A stretch of 64,000 nt of DNA from Tubulanus polymorphus (taxonomy: Eukaryota; Animalia; Nemertea), in the NCBI RefSeq assembly GCF_964204645.1, contig NC_134031.1, positions 5,208,001 through 5,272,000 of the forward strand. Reading direction: 5' to 3'. Position numbers and translations under genes: made by a program. Each line of letters begins with the position of its first letter. Positions within the stretch are counted from its first letter, which is position 1. The notes beneath the pieces are model-generated. The model saw nothing but the letters and a program-made list of their open reading frames with translations, ran no database searches and had not been told where the DNA came from. Shown one piece after another: positions 13,929 to 25,200 of the stretch.

Positions 13929-14020
13929 GTGGATTTGGACTCGCCGACATGTTGTGACCCTAATTATTTGCCAAAACGATATCCATCGTACATGACGTAT
14001 TTAGATAAATGATCGTTGCC

Positions 14021-14098
14021 TTATGTCGAGGGTGAATCCGCTGTTTCTCATGTCATGATGTTCACCCACATGAGACAGTGTGTCCTCCCTCTACGTAA
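14021..14098 (+). ncRNA. mir-1994: pre-miRNA, miR-1994 family copy 1 (mature 3p about 14071-14092, TGAGACAGTGTGTCCTCCCTCT)
   Basis: 5' arm GAGGGTGAATCCGCTGTTTCTCATGT pairs with ACATGAGACAGTGTGTCCTCCCTC. The mature arm matches the recalled lophotrochozoan miR-1994. CNNC (CGTC) lies 18 nt past the mature 3' end. Confidence 0.9.
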
Positions 14099-14202
14099 CG
14101 CGCTGAAAACGTCACTAGCCGGCGGCGTACGAGGAACTTGGAGCAGCGGATGCTCGAAGGATCAATGGGTTCTTGATTTGACGGATTTTTCAGCTTGGTA
14201 TA

Positions 14203-14280
14203 GGTATATTGCGGGGTTGGACTCGCTAGTCTGATGGAAATATCAAGGCCATGAGACAGTGTGTCCTCCCTCGGAATGCC
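14203..14280 (+). ncRNA. mir-1994: pre-miRNA, miR-1994 family copy 2 (mature 3p about 14252-14273, TGAGACAGTGTGTCCTCCCTCG)
   Basis: 5' arm CGGGGTTGGACTCGCTAGTCTGATGG pairs with CCATGAGACAGTGTGTCCTCCCTCG. CNNC (CTGC) lies 17 nt downstream. Confidence 0.9.
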
Positions 14281-14354
14281 ACCTCTAATCTGCCAGCTTT
14301 CCTAGATGGTCGTCAATTCAAAACGGATCGTTTACGCAACAATCTACACATCAG

Positions 14355-14427
14355 TCTATTATTAGGTTGGACCCGCTTGTCTTGTGTTTCGCACTCCATG
14401 AGACAGTGTGTCCTCCCTCGAAATAGA
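14355..14427 (+). ncRNA. mir-1994: pre-miRNA, miR-1994 family copy 3 (mature 3p about 14399-14420, TGAGACAGTGTGTCCTCCCTCG)
   Basis: 5' arm TCTATTATTAGGTTGGACCCGCTTGTCTTGTG pairs with CATGAGACAGTGTGTCCTCCCTCGAAATAGA. There is an apical UGUG motif. Confidence 0.88.
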
Positions 14428-17400
14428 AAATTAGCAACCATTTCGGGAAACCCGTCACGTCACCTCCTGCGTCGTGAATATTACGGACAAGGAAGCAATA
14501 TCGCGACGGACTTGGAGACATTGCGACGGAATATCGCGAGACATTGCGTGGGAATAATTATAGAAGTTAATATTTTGCTTAATTTTGATATCGAATTTCG
14601 TAACAAGTGAAAAAATAAAGAAATTGTTTTTAAGAACTAATGATCTTAACGGTGTTGAGTGAGTGATGTTGAAGTTGTATCCATGGTAATGGGGATTCGA
14701 CCTTCCTTTTGTAGTTCATATAGTATTGTCGTAGAATGGGATGTATTGTCGGGAATACGGCTTTAAATTTGAAAGACTTTAAATACGTTCAAAGACTTCG
14801 TACTACACGGAAACGAGGAGGATATAGCGCTCTTTATTGCTTCTGTTTGCTTTCATTGACGAAACTCGACGATTAAATCGCGATTTCGAATTCTGATAAA
14901 TCGAAACTTTTTCTATTGTGTGGAATTTAATCTGTGGATATGATGACTATCCACGATAGATATTTATCAATAGCTAATTCCCGATATCCCACAATTGAAA
15001 ACTAATAGTTTCCCCCTGGAGTGGTTGTTGGAGCGAGCCGAGAGATGTCGTGGTCTCAATAAACCCTCAATTTCTGAAACTTTAGTCTTCAACGAAATAA
15101 TGTTTGAATAGCTCCTAAATCAATTACTTTGATGATCATCCGCCATTGACTGGACTCGCGATCGAGTATCAAAGCCCGTATTCAAGTGGTTAGGCGGAAA
15201 CAAACTATATGCACATACCCAGCCTGGACGAGTCGAGGAAGCCACAGGACCTCGACTACTCCCGCATTTTATCCCAACGCCTGTCAAACTTGATCTTGTC
15301 AAGGTCATCGGACCTTGATCCTGTCGAGCGTTCGTGACCCAAAACAAAAGGATTAACACAAACAACGGGACAAGATTTCGATCGTAACCCACGAAACGCG
15401 TATATTTTACACGAAATGTACATTGTACAATGTCGATATGTTTTATGAAAATAGACTCACTGTAACGATCGAGAAATAAGACGAATTAGATACAATATAA
15501 TTTATAGCTACTATTTACGTAATCGTTTAGTCCGCCTCCGTATCGCTACGTAGATGGCAGCACTTTACCGAACGAATGGATTGACATACATCGCTAAATA
15601 CAGGCGTCAAATTGTCCATGCATGATTGAGTGACGTCAGCGCCATTAACACAAGAGGTATAACTAGGATAAATACAACGTTTACTCATTGTTTTACTCTA
15701 TACGCACTTTGCAGTTCGAGTTTGAGCACAAGATAAGATACGTACATGTACATGCAGATGTCAACAAATAAGTTACTTCATCTAAATTGAAGTCGTTTTG
15801 AATTTCCCGGTTAAACTGCCCGTTACGGTTTTTAAAAATCACCCTCGCTTGATGCATATGGTTTGGTTACCTCCCTTCGTCGACCTATGTAACGCGTTGG
15901 TGCGAGGAGGCAAAACCCCGGCAAGTGGACATCAAGCCCTGTGTATAGGATAAAGGAGTGGGCGTACACAATACAGGATATGGCCAACTCGGACTTCGAC
16001 TGGACAAAAACGAAATCATTTTTTCTGACTTCCTCGACGTATTTTCCGTCGGACTTCGCTTACCTCGGGACCAATTTTGCCGATACCAGTTTGTCGGAGT
16101 TAGGCGAGGTTTGCTGTATTCCATTTAGTTCTCTATTCATCTTAAAACTGTTATAACGTAACACATGTATATAATACACATGTACGCATAATCGATCAAT
16201 ATTATATAATCTATTATCACAAACGTTGAAGGTGAAATGGACAACGAATTTACGCAACATACATAATGTATCCAACTGAAAGGCGTTGTTTTCTACTAGA
16301 GGCGGTCTTACAGTCGTTTCATTTTTCATTCAAATCGTTACACTCCAGAAGCGTCCTCGGGAATTTGCAGAAATAACAATTTCGAACTCAACTCGGCATG
16401 AACTAGTTTCTCAGTTAAATGTGATCTAACCGCAGTAGTTCATTCCGGGTTGCTCATTCGGGATTTACATACCTCAAAAATCACTTTTAACTGACTGAGA
16501 AAACCCGTCTACCCCGAGTAGGAACTAGGGATAAACCTCGATTTTTTTCTCACAGAATCTGTCCCCTGGACGCTTCCGTATTACACAGTTTGATATTAAG
16601 CGATATGTGTTCAGCGATGACATAGACTTATTGCGTTTTTAAGTTTAAGATAAACGTTATTTGCTTAGTTATCATTCGCCTCTCGCAAGAGGTTTACACC
16701 ACCGGAAATCTATAGCGCGGCAATATCTCGCAAAGGCGATTAAAAAAAAACCTATAAGAGCATTCGAAAAGACTTGACTGAAATGCAGCCATTCTTGTTA
16801 TTCATTATCTCAAATACTTTCAAGTAGATAATCCGGATAATTTGCGTCGCCCCGGCCGATTGCACTAATCAAATAAACGATACATGTGTCCATACTTCTT
16901 TTCACCGGTTATTTAAGTCTATAACCGTCAGAATTGGTCATCGCCAGATCTAGAAATTTGAGGTCTGACAAAGGTCAACATCATTCTAATTCCGAGAATT
17001 CGTACATTCTTCACATGAGATATCGACTTTATAGTAATAAATGACTGACTGAAATATTCATATCTCGGGGATAAATTCGTCTGCATGTGTTTGTTTGATT
17101 ATATCACTGGGCGTATGTACAAATAGAAAATGATCCGCGGCGGAAAGTATGTTTGGAATATAATCAGAATATGAGTGGATTCCTCGATTCGATATATGAT
17201 GCTATCTATAAAATCCGAGTCTATCTCTAGCTGATGAGAAAACAAAAAAAAAAATGTTTCCCGATGAAAATCTCGAAATGCTATTTTTAAAACGAATTTT
17301 CTTACGATAGTGTGCCATCATCATTGGAATTTCTGATTATCTTACACGAAACGATCCGATCATTGATAAAACCAGTTCCAATCAGGAACTGTTTTTTTTT

Positions 17401-18639
17401 CTAAACGCCGCAAGAACCGTTACAAAAATGTTCTTATACATTGTTACCTACGGCACTTTATATGGATGGTTGTGTACATGAAATATTTGGGCGTTTATTT
17501 AAATAAAACAATTACAATATTCTGTATGTTGGCATGTATTTAGTATCTAATCACATACTCTCATTTCCTATTTATTCAAAGAATCTTTATGCCCTTAATG
17601 ATAATGAATTTTAGTGGCAATAAAGGAGCCATTTATCCACATATATTGTCGTTGCCACCAAAACGTGGTCGGTGAAATCTGAATTTCAGCCCAGTGTTCA
17701 CAGTGGTACGCCATGCACCGTGGGTGCGGTTGAGTCCTATTACCTATTCCTAATTTTTTTCGTGTTATTTTATCATTTTTGACAATATTAAGAAATATAT
17801 GTGTCATTTTCCAGACGTCAATGATATTTTTCTCTTGTAAAAAGAATTAAGCAGTCAACTACATTTGGAGTATCCTGGATATTGGAACTGTCAAGCGCAC
17901 TTATCTAAAATTAGCTGTTTGGAATTAGATGATACAATCTAAAAACTTAAAGTAGTGAGAATCCACTTGAATGCAATGTACATAGCTTTGCTTTGAATTT
18001 AGCTTTTCTATTTAGGTACACAGTCGAATAAGACTGCCGAAGTTAAGAATCTATTTACCTTCAGTAATCAATGAATTGAAAAATGGAAGATGTTTCGATT
18101 TCGACGTTATCTTCTTTCAAAAAGATGAAAATTCTCAGAATTACGAGAGAAAATGATTCGATGTTAACAACATGGAACGATAATCTTCATTTGGGGAAAT
18201 ATATCTAAATTCGCCTGTAATATCGAAAAATCTAACTTTAAAATCGATTCAAGCCAAAGTTCTGGCTGCTAAATAGCACAACGATTTTTCAAGGTGATAT
18301 CGTATGTCCATCTGAATCAATGTCGATGTTCCAACATGTTATGATATGAAGTACATTTCTTGCCGATGATATACGCTCAATAGATCCGCGTTAAAAGTCT
18401 TAATCTGTTTCAAACACTGATCACTTAATTTGTGCCCATTTCCTGATTGTCCATTTTCCGTAACGTTTAAAGCAGTCACTTTGTCCGCTATTTCGCTTCG
18501 CTCATTGGTAAGCGACTGTTAATTCTCGAGTATCACACATTTTCACACATTTCTAGATATGTATAATACTTATTTCACGACATAAAATGCATTTCTATAT
18601 ACTCGTTCGCTTAGTAACGGCGATCGAAAACCCTCGCGA

Positions 18640-18732
18640 ATTCCATCGTCCCATGTGGGGTTCGAACTCGATGATATCGAGACTCGGCCATACCATATGG
18701 TACCAGCATGCCAGCTACGCCGTCAGAGGGCG
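18640..18732 (-). mobile_element. tRNA-derived SINE head
   Basis: Minus strand GGCGTAGCTGG (A-box-like) ... GAGTTCGAACCCC (B box). No complete cloverleaf. Confidence 0.4.
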
Positions 18733-18913
18733 CCACAAAAATATCAGACGTAATCGATTTTCAAAAAATCATCCTTTAATCTCAATCTTCGGTCTTCCGA
18801 TTCCAAGATTAGAGTTCATATGTGGAACGATTCGCATCGAATTTTAGAAATTGTTGTTAGATTTTGATTGAGCTCGTCGTGAAGAAATCCAGCGTCGATA
18901 TCGTACTGTACAC

Positions 18914-18929
18914 TAGCACCCCCTAGCGG
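18914..18929 (-). promoter_or_regulatory. CTCF-like motif
   Basis: Minus strand CCGCTAGGGGGTGCTA closely fits the CTCF core consensus. Confidence 0.4.
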
Positions 18930-19234
18930 ATTTTGGCGGAATTTCACTTTCCACAGTTAGGTTGTGTCGTACCCTATTCGCAGTTACCGTAGCAAAATCG
19001 CCTCATCATCCGGGTTCGAATTACCGCAAGAAAGAACGCACGTTTTCTTGTTCAGCTCATTTCTGGCTGAACACTCCACACCAATTCGATCATAGTATTT
19101 TGTTGTTTTTTTCAGGTTTTGAAGAAAAATATACACGCGTTTATCTAATTTGACTGATAGGCTAATATATGATTATATAATGTACATATAATGTATAGAC
19201 TAGATTTTTGTTTCCTATTTCACTGATATGGATA

Positions 19235-22200
19235 TCATTTTTTATGTTTTTCGTTCATAATTCCATCATTGTCCGACACGTCGTACAAAACGACTTCCAT
19301 TTCGTCGGGTTTTCGTTCGTCGCTCTTCCAGATTCCGTAGCCGAAGTAAATCAGGAAACCTGACGAGAAAGAAATAAGAAAAATAAATGCCGGTTATAGC
19401 TGATTATAGTTTCGCAACTAGACTCAATTCAAATAACTACAGTAAAAACCTCGCCTTACTCGGACATGGCCAACTCACACCAACATAAATACAAGATACA
19501 TAAATGACAAAAATAAAATCAATTTCTGACCTCCTAACGTATTTTCCTATCGTTGACAAGGACCTCACTTAAACCCCGGACCGATTTTGCCGGCCTCAGT
19601 TTGTCCGAGTAAGGTGAGGTAGATATTGTACTATATGACATTACCGAAAAACATCCACACGGCGAATCGTATCCAAGTTGCGCTGGATAAAGATAACATC
19701 AAGTAGAGATCGACGATCAGCGACGCCAGGGGCAGAACTGGTACGAAGGGAACTTTGAATATCAAGCGGGCTCTATTCTTCGGCTGCCTAGCGATATAGG
19801 CGATTATGCCGAGCACGGCGGCTATGAAGAGTACGGCCAGTAAAATAGCCCACCACCTCGCTTCCTGTAAATACTGCGTTCCGTATAGAGACAGGGACGT
19901 CAGCGCCAAAGCGACGACAGTTATAGCTGCTAAACTAAGTAACACACGGTGTCTGGATTTTTCCGTCGGCTCGTCTACCCCGTCTCCGACGTGGAATAAA
20001 CTCGTCAGACTGTTGACGCTCTGTTCGCTTCCTATTCTCTGGTAAGTCGATCCGATCGGCGCGTCCTCCTGGTCGGTGTAGTCGATCGAACGTTCTCGAA
20101 TCTCTTCGGCCACGACCTCTTTGTTCCGTTCGCCGTTCGTCTGGCCGTTCGGCCCGTCTTGGCTATCGCCTGTCGGCAAACGTCGGAATACGCTCGTCTG
20201 CGTGCTGGGTACGTATTTAACCACGTTGATCTTATCCCCGACTCGTAGAAGGCCCGTACTTTCGCCATTTGCTCCTTGTTGCTGTTGAGTCGTTGCCGCA
20301 GTCGAGTCGGTCGCCAACGAACTGTCGCCTAGATCGCTGCGGATCTCGTCCTGAGTCTTGATGACGTCTTTATTCAAGCCGACATCGGTCGGCTGATAGC
20401 GCAGGATCAGTACGCTGACTGCCACGACGGTGTAAGCCATCAGCGTGCCTATCGACATCATCTCGATCAAACTTTGCAATTCCAGAAGAGTAGCCAACAA
20501 AGCCGCCAGAAAACCAGCTACGAGCGTTGCGATGAAAGGCGTACTCGTAGTCGGGTTCACGTAAGCCAAAAAACGAAATACCAAACCATCTTTAGCCATA
20601 GAGTAGATAATCCTCGGTAGAGGGAAAATTGAACCCATCATGGCCGCTACTAAGCCGCACATACCGCCGATAGCGATCACGTATTCGGCTCCGAAGACTC
20701 CCGTCTGGGCGAAAACCTTTGGCAAAGGCGCCGTTGATGACAACTCGAAGTAGGGGATCATCAGCGTTATGACGGCCGATACGCCGAAATATGCGACGAA
20801 ACAGATGACAAGAGTAGCTAATATTGCTAGCGGGATGTTTTTGCTCGGCTCCTTCGCCTCTTCTCCGGAGGTGGCGATGGTGTCGAAACCGACGAAGGCG
20901 TAGAAGCAAGTAGCAGCACCGGACATCACCTATAACAGTAAGCGTGCAGATCATTAAATCTATTTGTTCATTTAATCAGTTATTTTTCGTCGAGTTCTGC
21001 CAAGCATTGTGCATTAATAACAAAAACATGTGAGACTCATGGTAAAGCCACTCATTACCTACATAATCAATGTTAAGTAAAGATGTCCACTAAGACCAGA
21101 GGCCGGTTTTATGGACTGGTACAATCTTCAACTCAGGGGTTAACTCAATTCAATTTCTCCCCGGTTAAAGTTTTACATCAGTCTTTAAAACTGGTGTCAG
21201 TGATACAGTTTTTAACCATTTCCGACATTAGACTATATATAACACTTACGCCTCTGAAACCGAATGGGAAAAATCCCGGTGGACTTGTCCAGTTTTCACC
21301 GTGCACGTGGAACAGCCCGATACATATGATGCACCCGATAACGATGACGTTGATGAATGTACAGATGAAATTGAACAGCGATGACATCTACAAAAAGAAA
21401 GAAATAAAGCGTTTTGATCAAAATTAACTTTTTCAACAAAACAACTACAACATCTTTGACTAATCTCCACGCAATCTTGCTAAGCTCTAATCGCAAAATC
21501 AACTATTTTATTCCCCTCATTGAGGTTTGACGAAAACTCATGTTTGTTTGGTCGTTCACTACATGCAATAGGACTTTCATTTTGAAAACCCCTTATTCAA
21601 TGTCACCATGTCAGGAAGCAACTAGATTTCAAGGTTTCCAAATGATGACTTAATACATTCTTCATTTCGCAGAGAATTATCCTACATCACGCAGGGAGAA
21701 CGCTGAAAATCGACGACGACGTTAATTTTTCTGCATGAGGTTGGTTACCAAATTGATGTTCACTCTGCCGGCATATTCGTGCGCGATAATGCATTTTGCC
21801 GTTGTCGAATATCGTCAAATCGACGAACAAACGAAGCGCCAAATTCATGCAGCAATTAACGACTGTAAAATCCAATAATGCTGCGGTTGTTTTTTATGCA
21901 GACGAAAATTGATTGCGAATAATGTAGAGGTGTGTGTGTGTGTGTGAGGGAGAACTCCGTATTGATTCCTTTGGCTTCGAAACGGGTCAGGTCGTCTGAT
22001 TGTGAATTCGACCTTCAAATCATTATGCATCTTTGACATTCAAAACTTCTTGAGCTATTTCCTCAGCCAATGCGCTCGAAAGCAACAAGGGAGATTGCTC
22101 GGGGAATTGAAGGTCTTTTATTAGACTATTTTTGATGGAGAAGATCTTAAAAAGAAAACCTAATCATTTCTGTACAACCACGATTAAGAAAAGAACAATT

Positions 22201-25200
22201 AGGAGGAAAGTAAAAAAGATATAAAGGAAAGGCGGACGATGGGTAGGCTCAACGTGAGCTGGACACCCAGACTGACCTTGACTCCTACAGCTACGATAAT
22301 GGTTGATATGACAAGAAGGGCTAAGGCTACGAAATCCGGATATTCTGACAATCCAGGAGCATTCATCGGTGGTAAATGGTGTTTCACATAGCTGCAAATA
22401 AACAAGTATATATGAGAAACACTTATAAAATGTATACGCCCGATTCTTCTCAAGGCTTCATTGTATAGTAGTGAGCTTTGTTTTATGAAGATGCTTTGCC
22501 GTCAACAAATTCATTGCACGACAAGAATTTAAGCAATGAACTTCAAACACGAGAAGGTTAGGTAGGACACTTCAGGACAGCTTTTTTGAGTGAGGATTTT
22601 TGAAGAGTAACGAGAAGGAAGTGCCATCATATGCGTGAAAAACAAATTACTCGATTAACATTTCACTATCGGTAAATATTTAGAATATTCATATTCACAT
22701 TGATGTGACAGTGACGGTTGATGATCAGTGAGCGCTTGCAAATGTTCACAACCTTGGAATTAAAGTGCAAGGAAATGAAGTATTCTTCATAGAATTCATA
22801 TTTCTGTACTTGGTCGCGCATGTTGTGTGTTTACTTATCATTAATACCTAAAATGTTTCTGCAAAGACCCTGTCTATCAGTAGGTCAGCATTAGGCGGTT
22901 CGGACGAGGTTCTTGACCCATGCCCCTCGAGTCAGAATGTCCACAACTAGTTTTTTCTTTAACTACCCCAAATGCCACAACGTACTAGCACAGCTTTAAT
23001 AGTTTTTTTTTCAGATGCTCGGAATGAGGAATGAAACCACAGAAGAACCATCGCCTCCGTCAAGAACTTGATCGGTGAGAATAATGACCTTTTGCTTTAA
23101 AAGCCCATTTAACACCAGGGTCCATGCGCAGCCGTGACTGAAACCAAAAAGTGGTTTTAGATCTTTTAAGACTGGTCTTAACCTGTTTAGACTATAGAAT
23201 CAAATTGAGCTCCGACTTGTCTCAAAATCTAAGCCATGACTTTGCAACTGACCCCTGTGTAAAATTCTGAATAAAACTATCATTCCCTGATGTGGCATCT
23301 TTTTGCGGGGATTTTTGCCGTGTCATTCGCATCAGTGATTCGGTGAGAAGACGCCTTACGGTGGACAGGTGCGCAGCGAGCAGAACCATTCCTTCTACTG
23401 TGCTCATTACACAAATCGATGGGATTCCATCTACAACAGCAAGCCTCACTGATAATCATCACACGCGGTACCTAACCATCTATGGTAACTGTATGTTTTA
23501 CGTGTACAAGTCATGTACTAACAATACATATTCTTCGTTGTTCATTTTAGCCCGCGCCGTTTTCTAGTTTTCTCACGGGAGCCCGAAAAGTATTTCGTAG
23601 AACAGATGAAACATTCTTACGAGGCACGTACGTCAAGACGCGTTATCTATGTGTTAAACCCATCCGTATAAAAAGGGCTCCCTTATCTAAACCTTAACTA
23701 CATCATCAAATTGCCTATTAGTTATTTGATCTATAGACTATATAGACTTAAGAAAATGGCCGATGCAATCCCTTGAAAGCGATTGGGTGATGGCACGGGG
23801 CTTTACGAAACAACCATATTTTACGGAAGAGCCTGTAATGCAAGAATTCGTCTATAGACGATTACTCATAGAAAAACCATCAAAAAAGCTTAGTTGATTG
23901 ATTCTAGGATGGTAGGACTTTTTGACATTTATCATCATTGCGGTATAGTAGACGCACACACTCACTCCCTGGCAATCGAACGAAACGCGAGCTGATTATA
24001 CATTGATGGAGTGGAATCGGTAATTGATACTGTGCGTCGTGTCAGCCAAGTCAGAAAATGCTACAACCGGAAATTAGACGCCATGTTTGTCCCAAAAGGC
24101 ACCGGATTATCTTACCACGACATCGGATCACGAGACTATAACTGACGACGGGGGCTTTCACCTTCTACCGTACTAACGGCGCCGTGTTCTACGTACACAT
24201 CTTCCCGACCATCAAAGGCAAAATTGGACATTTAGAATTTGACAAATGTATCAATGGATGTAATATTTTCTATACTTCCTTGGATCGTGGAAGGCGTAAA
24301 CCACCAAAAAGTAGCCATATTTCATTTCGATAGGAAAAATGTTTAAAAAGAAGATGATGGAAGTATGATAGACTGTCAAAGTTCACACAGTCCTGGCTGT
24401 CTCCACAGTGATCTACGTTGCTCTACGATCCTAGTGTACCCACCTGTGGTACATCAGACACTATGGTTCTTGGTGAAGTCAAAGGATGATCTAGCTGATT
24501 ATCACATTGAATACAGATGATACATTATCATCTTTCATGTTTTCATCATCTTTTTGTATCATCTCTTTTCAATGTATCAGCTAGATTATCTTCTGACAGT
24601 CTAGTATTATATTTTCATGTTTTGGTGGATCACCTTTATTAAGGGTCAGCCACTCAAAGGTTGGTTTGGTTAACCAGTAGAGAAGGGAAAATGAAACTTG
24701 TATTAAAATTGTTGATTAACTTTGACCAAAATTGAGCAACCGGCTCCAGTACTTAATTAGGCCACCTGGAAATTGACATAGCTCTAATTAAAAAGACAAC
24801 TTCTTCGCGAGAAAAAATAGTTTTTCCTGATATACAACGCATCGATTGCTATTTCACATTTCATAATAGTCAATAGGTAGCGTCATTTTGAACGCGATAT
24901 TTATTTGCTTTTACCCACATCAGCTATAAATGCAAACACAAAAAAACAGTTCGCTGTTTAGATATCTCACGATTGCCGGGAAGCTCGAGGTTTTCGTTTT
25001 CTGAAAAACTGAGTTGGAAGACCTCGACCTCCTTTATTTTCCCTGCAGGATGAACTTGTCTTATCTCAGATAGATAAGCTCGGGTTACCCCGGAGCTTTA
25101 GATATACAAGAATATTATAGAGTTTTCGTGTCGTGGCATTTGATATACACATTAGCCACGGTGTGACAGTGCAGTGGCGCTATAGCTCCGATGTTATCCG

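Noticed and set aside
14069-14420. Three 23-bp direct repeats with unique spacers, resembling a CRISPR array
   Set aside because: Eukaryotic context, spacers over 120 bp and unequal, no cas genes, and each repeat is the 3' arm of a miRNA hairpin.
17231-17283. CTGATGA...GAAA hammerhead-like core
   Set aside because: No helix I pairing and a poor helix II.
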